From the NCBI GenBank assembly GCA_965197525.1, contig OZ240211.1:480001-544000 (forward strand): a stretch of 64,000 bases of DNA. Reading direction: 5' to 3'. The notes below the pieces were generated by a model that was given only the letters and a program-made list of their open reading frames with translations, did no database searches and had not been told where the DNA came from. Positions 63,080 through 64,000 of the stretch are shown here, in pieces. The stretch is from Nitrosopumilus sp. GTDB taxonomy: Archaea; Thermoproteota; Nitrososphaeria; Nitrososphaerales; Nitrosopumilaceae. The translations under genes and the position numbers were made by a program. Each line of letters opens with the position of its first letter. The first letter of the stretch is position 1.

Positions 63080-64000
63080 CTAATATTCCAATTTAGACAT
63101 GTATTTTGCAGATGTAACATAATTATCAAATTCGTCTGCAGTCATGACATTCTGGTCTGTGTAAATGCTTTTGAATTTTCTTCCATCATCAGCAAAGATT
63201 CCCACAACACATGCATCTTTAGAAACAGGATATTTTTTCATACATGCATAAACAGCTGCAGATGACGGACTAATCAACAGTTGATCCTCCTGAAACACCG
63301 TAGTTACTACAGAGAATGCCTCATTATTATCAGCATATATCCAATCATCAACTACATTTTCTCGTTTTAAGAATAGATCAGGTTTTGCAGATTCGTCAAA
63401 ATTTCTCAATCCTTGAATAAGATGATTTTGCTGGGGTTGGCAGCCAATAATTTTTACATCCGGATTTTTACTTTTAAGAAAAGCACCAACGCCGGTAATC
63501 GTACCACCAGTGCCAACACCAGTAAAAAAATGAGTTGCTTTGCCATCAGTCTGTTTCCAGATCTCAGGCCCTGTTCCAATATAATGTCCTTTAAAATTTG
63601 CCTCATTAGCGTATTGATTTGGAGAGTAATATGTTTCAGGTCTAGATGATGCAATGGATGTTGCAAGTGCAATACTTTGATCAGTACCAGAACCTACTTT
63701 AGGGCACAAGTCATCGCTTGTCTCAAATATTTTAGCACCCAATCTTCTGATTATGTCTTTTGTCTCATTACTTGCTTTCTCAGGAATTACAATCTCAACT
63801 TTATAGTCCAATGCATTTGCAATCCCAGTTAGGGCAATACCAGTATTGCCTGAAGTTGGCTCTATAATTATACTGGATCCTTTTTTTAAAATTTGTCTCT
63901 CTTCAGCGTCTTTGATCATTTGATATGCAGCTCTATCTTTAACAGAGCCAAATGGGTTATGGCCCTCTAATTTGGCAAAATAATTTATTGTGTCATGAGA
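63080..64000 (-). CDS. PLP-dependent cysteine synthase family protein (5' end beyond the window)
   Basis: The frame is open to the edge: KLEGHNPFGSVKDR (PLP Lys), EPTSGNTG, GVGTGGT. Confidence 0.92.
   Translation of the reverse strand, partial: SHDTINYFAKLEGHNPFGSVKDRAAYQMIKDAEERQILKKGSSIIIEPTSGNTGIALTGIANALDYKVEIVIPEKASNETKDIIRRLGAKIFETSDDLCPKVGSGTDQSIALATSIASSRPETYYSPNQYANEANFKGHYIGTGPEIWKQTDGKATHFFTGVGTGGTITGVGAFLKSKNPDVKIIGCQPQQNHLIQGLRNFDESAKPDLFLKRENVVDDWIYADNNEAFSVVTTVFQEDQLLISPSSAAVYACMKKYPVSKDACVVGIFADDGRKFKSIYTDQNVMTADEFDNYVTSAKYMSKLEY

Noticed and set aside
54832-64000. Novel sulfur/thiamine gene cluster
   Set aside because: Genes are mixed in orientation, interspersed with unrelated ORFs, and individually ordinary.
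1-64000. tRNA, rRNA, integrase, cas, or IS6/IS200 TnpA transposase genes
   Set aside because: None recognised by eye. The mobilising enzyme for the tnpB elements is not in this window.

Overview
Archaeal genomic window from a Nitrosopumilaceae-like thaumarchaeote. The lineage is inferred from the EF-2, IlvC, MqnD, Thi4 and DUF6775-type proteins. A sponge or other animal symbiont is plausible from the giant DUF285/S8 surface protein, but that is inference. About 0-20 kb is accessory: IS630 elements flank a GC-rich 15.2-kb gene, split by one missing base, for a ~5,065-aa secreted subtilase with DUF285, PKD/Ig-like and ten proprotein-convertase P domains. About 20-64 kb is mostly housekeeping (fusA, ilvC, metG, ahcY, nadE, cysS, argS, DRG, sulfite reductase, thi4, trxB, cysteine synthase, moxR-DUF58-vWA). 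The top finding is a family of tnpB-carrying elements bounded by terminal inverted repeats (TIRs) starting GGTT(C/T)TGT, like IS6-family ends, rather than by IS200/IS605 or IS607 ends. There are six traces: one complete intact copy, one running off the window edge, one frameshifted, two MITE-like deletion derivatives that keep only the tnpB 3' end (the predicted omegaRNA region), and one orphan end. Also notable are an H1-like protein built from 16 perfect 30-bp repeats, a ~119-triplet collagen-like protein, a 5x34-bp TATA-containing tandem repeat at an ATPase start, and a G12 tract in a leader ORF of the giant protease. No rRNA, tRNA or CRISPR array was recognised.
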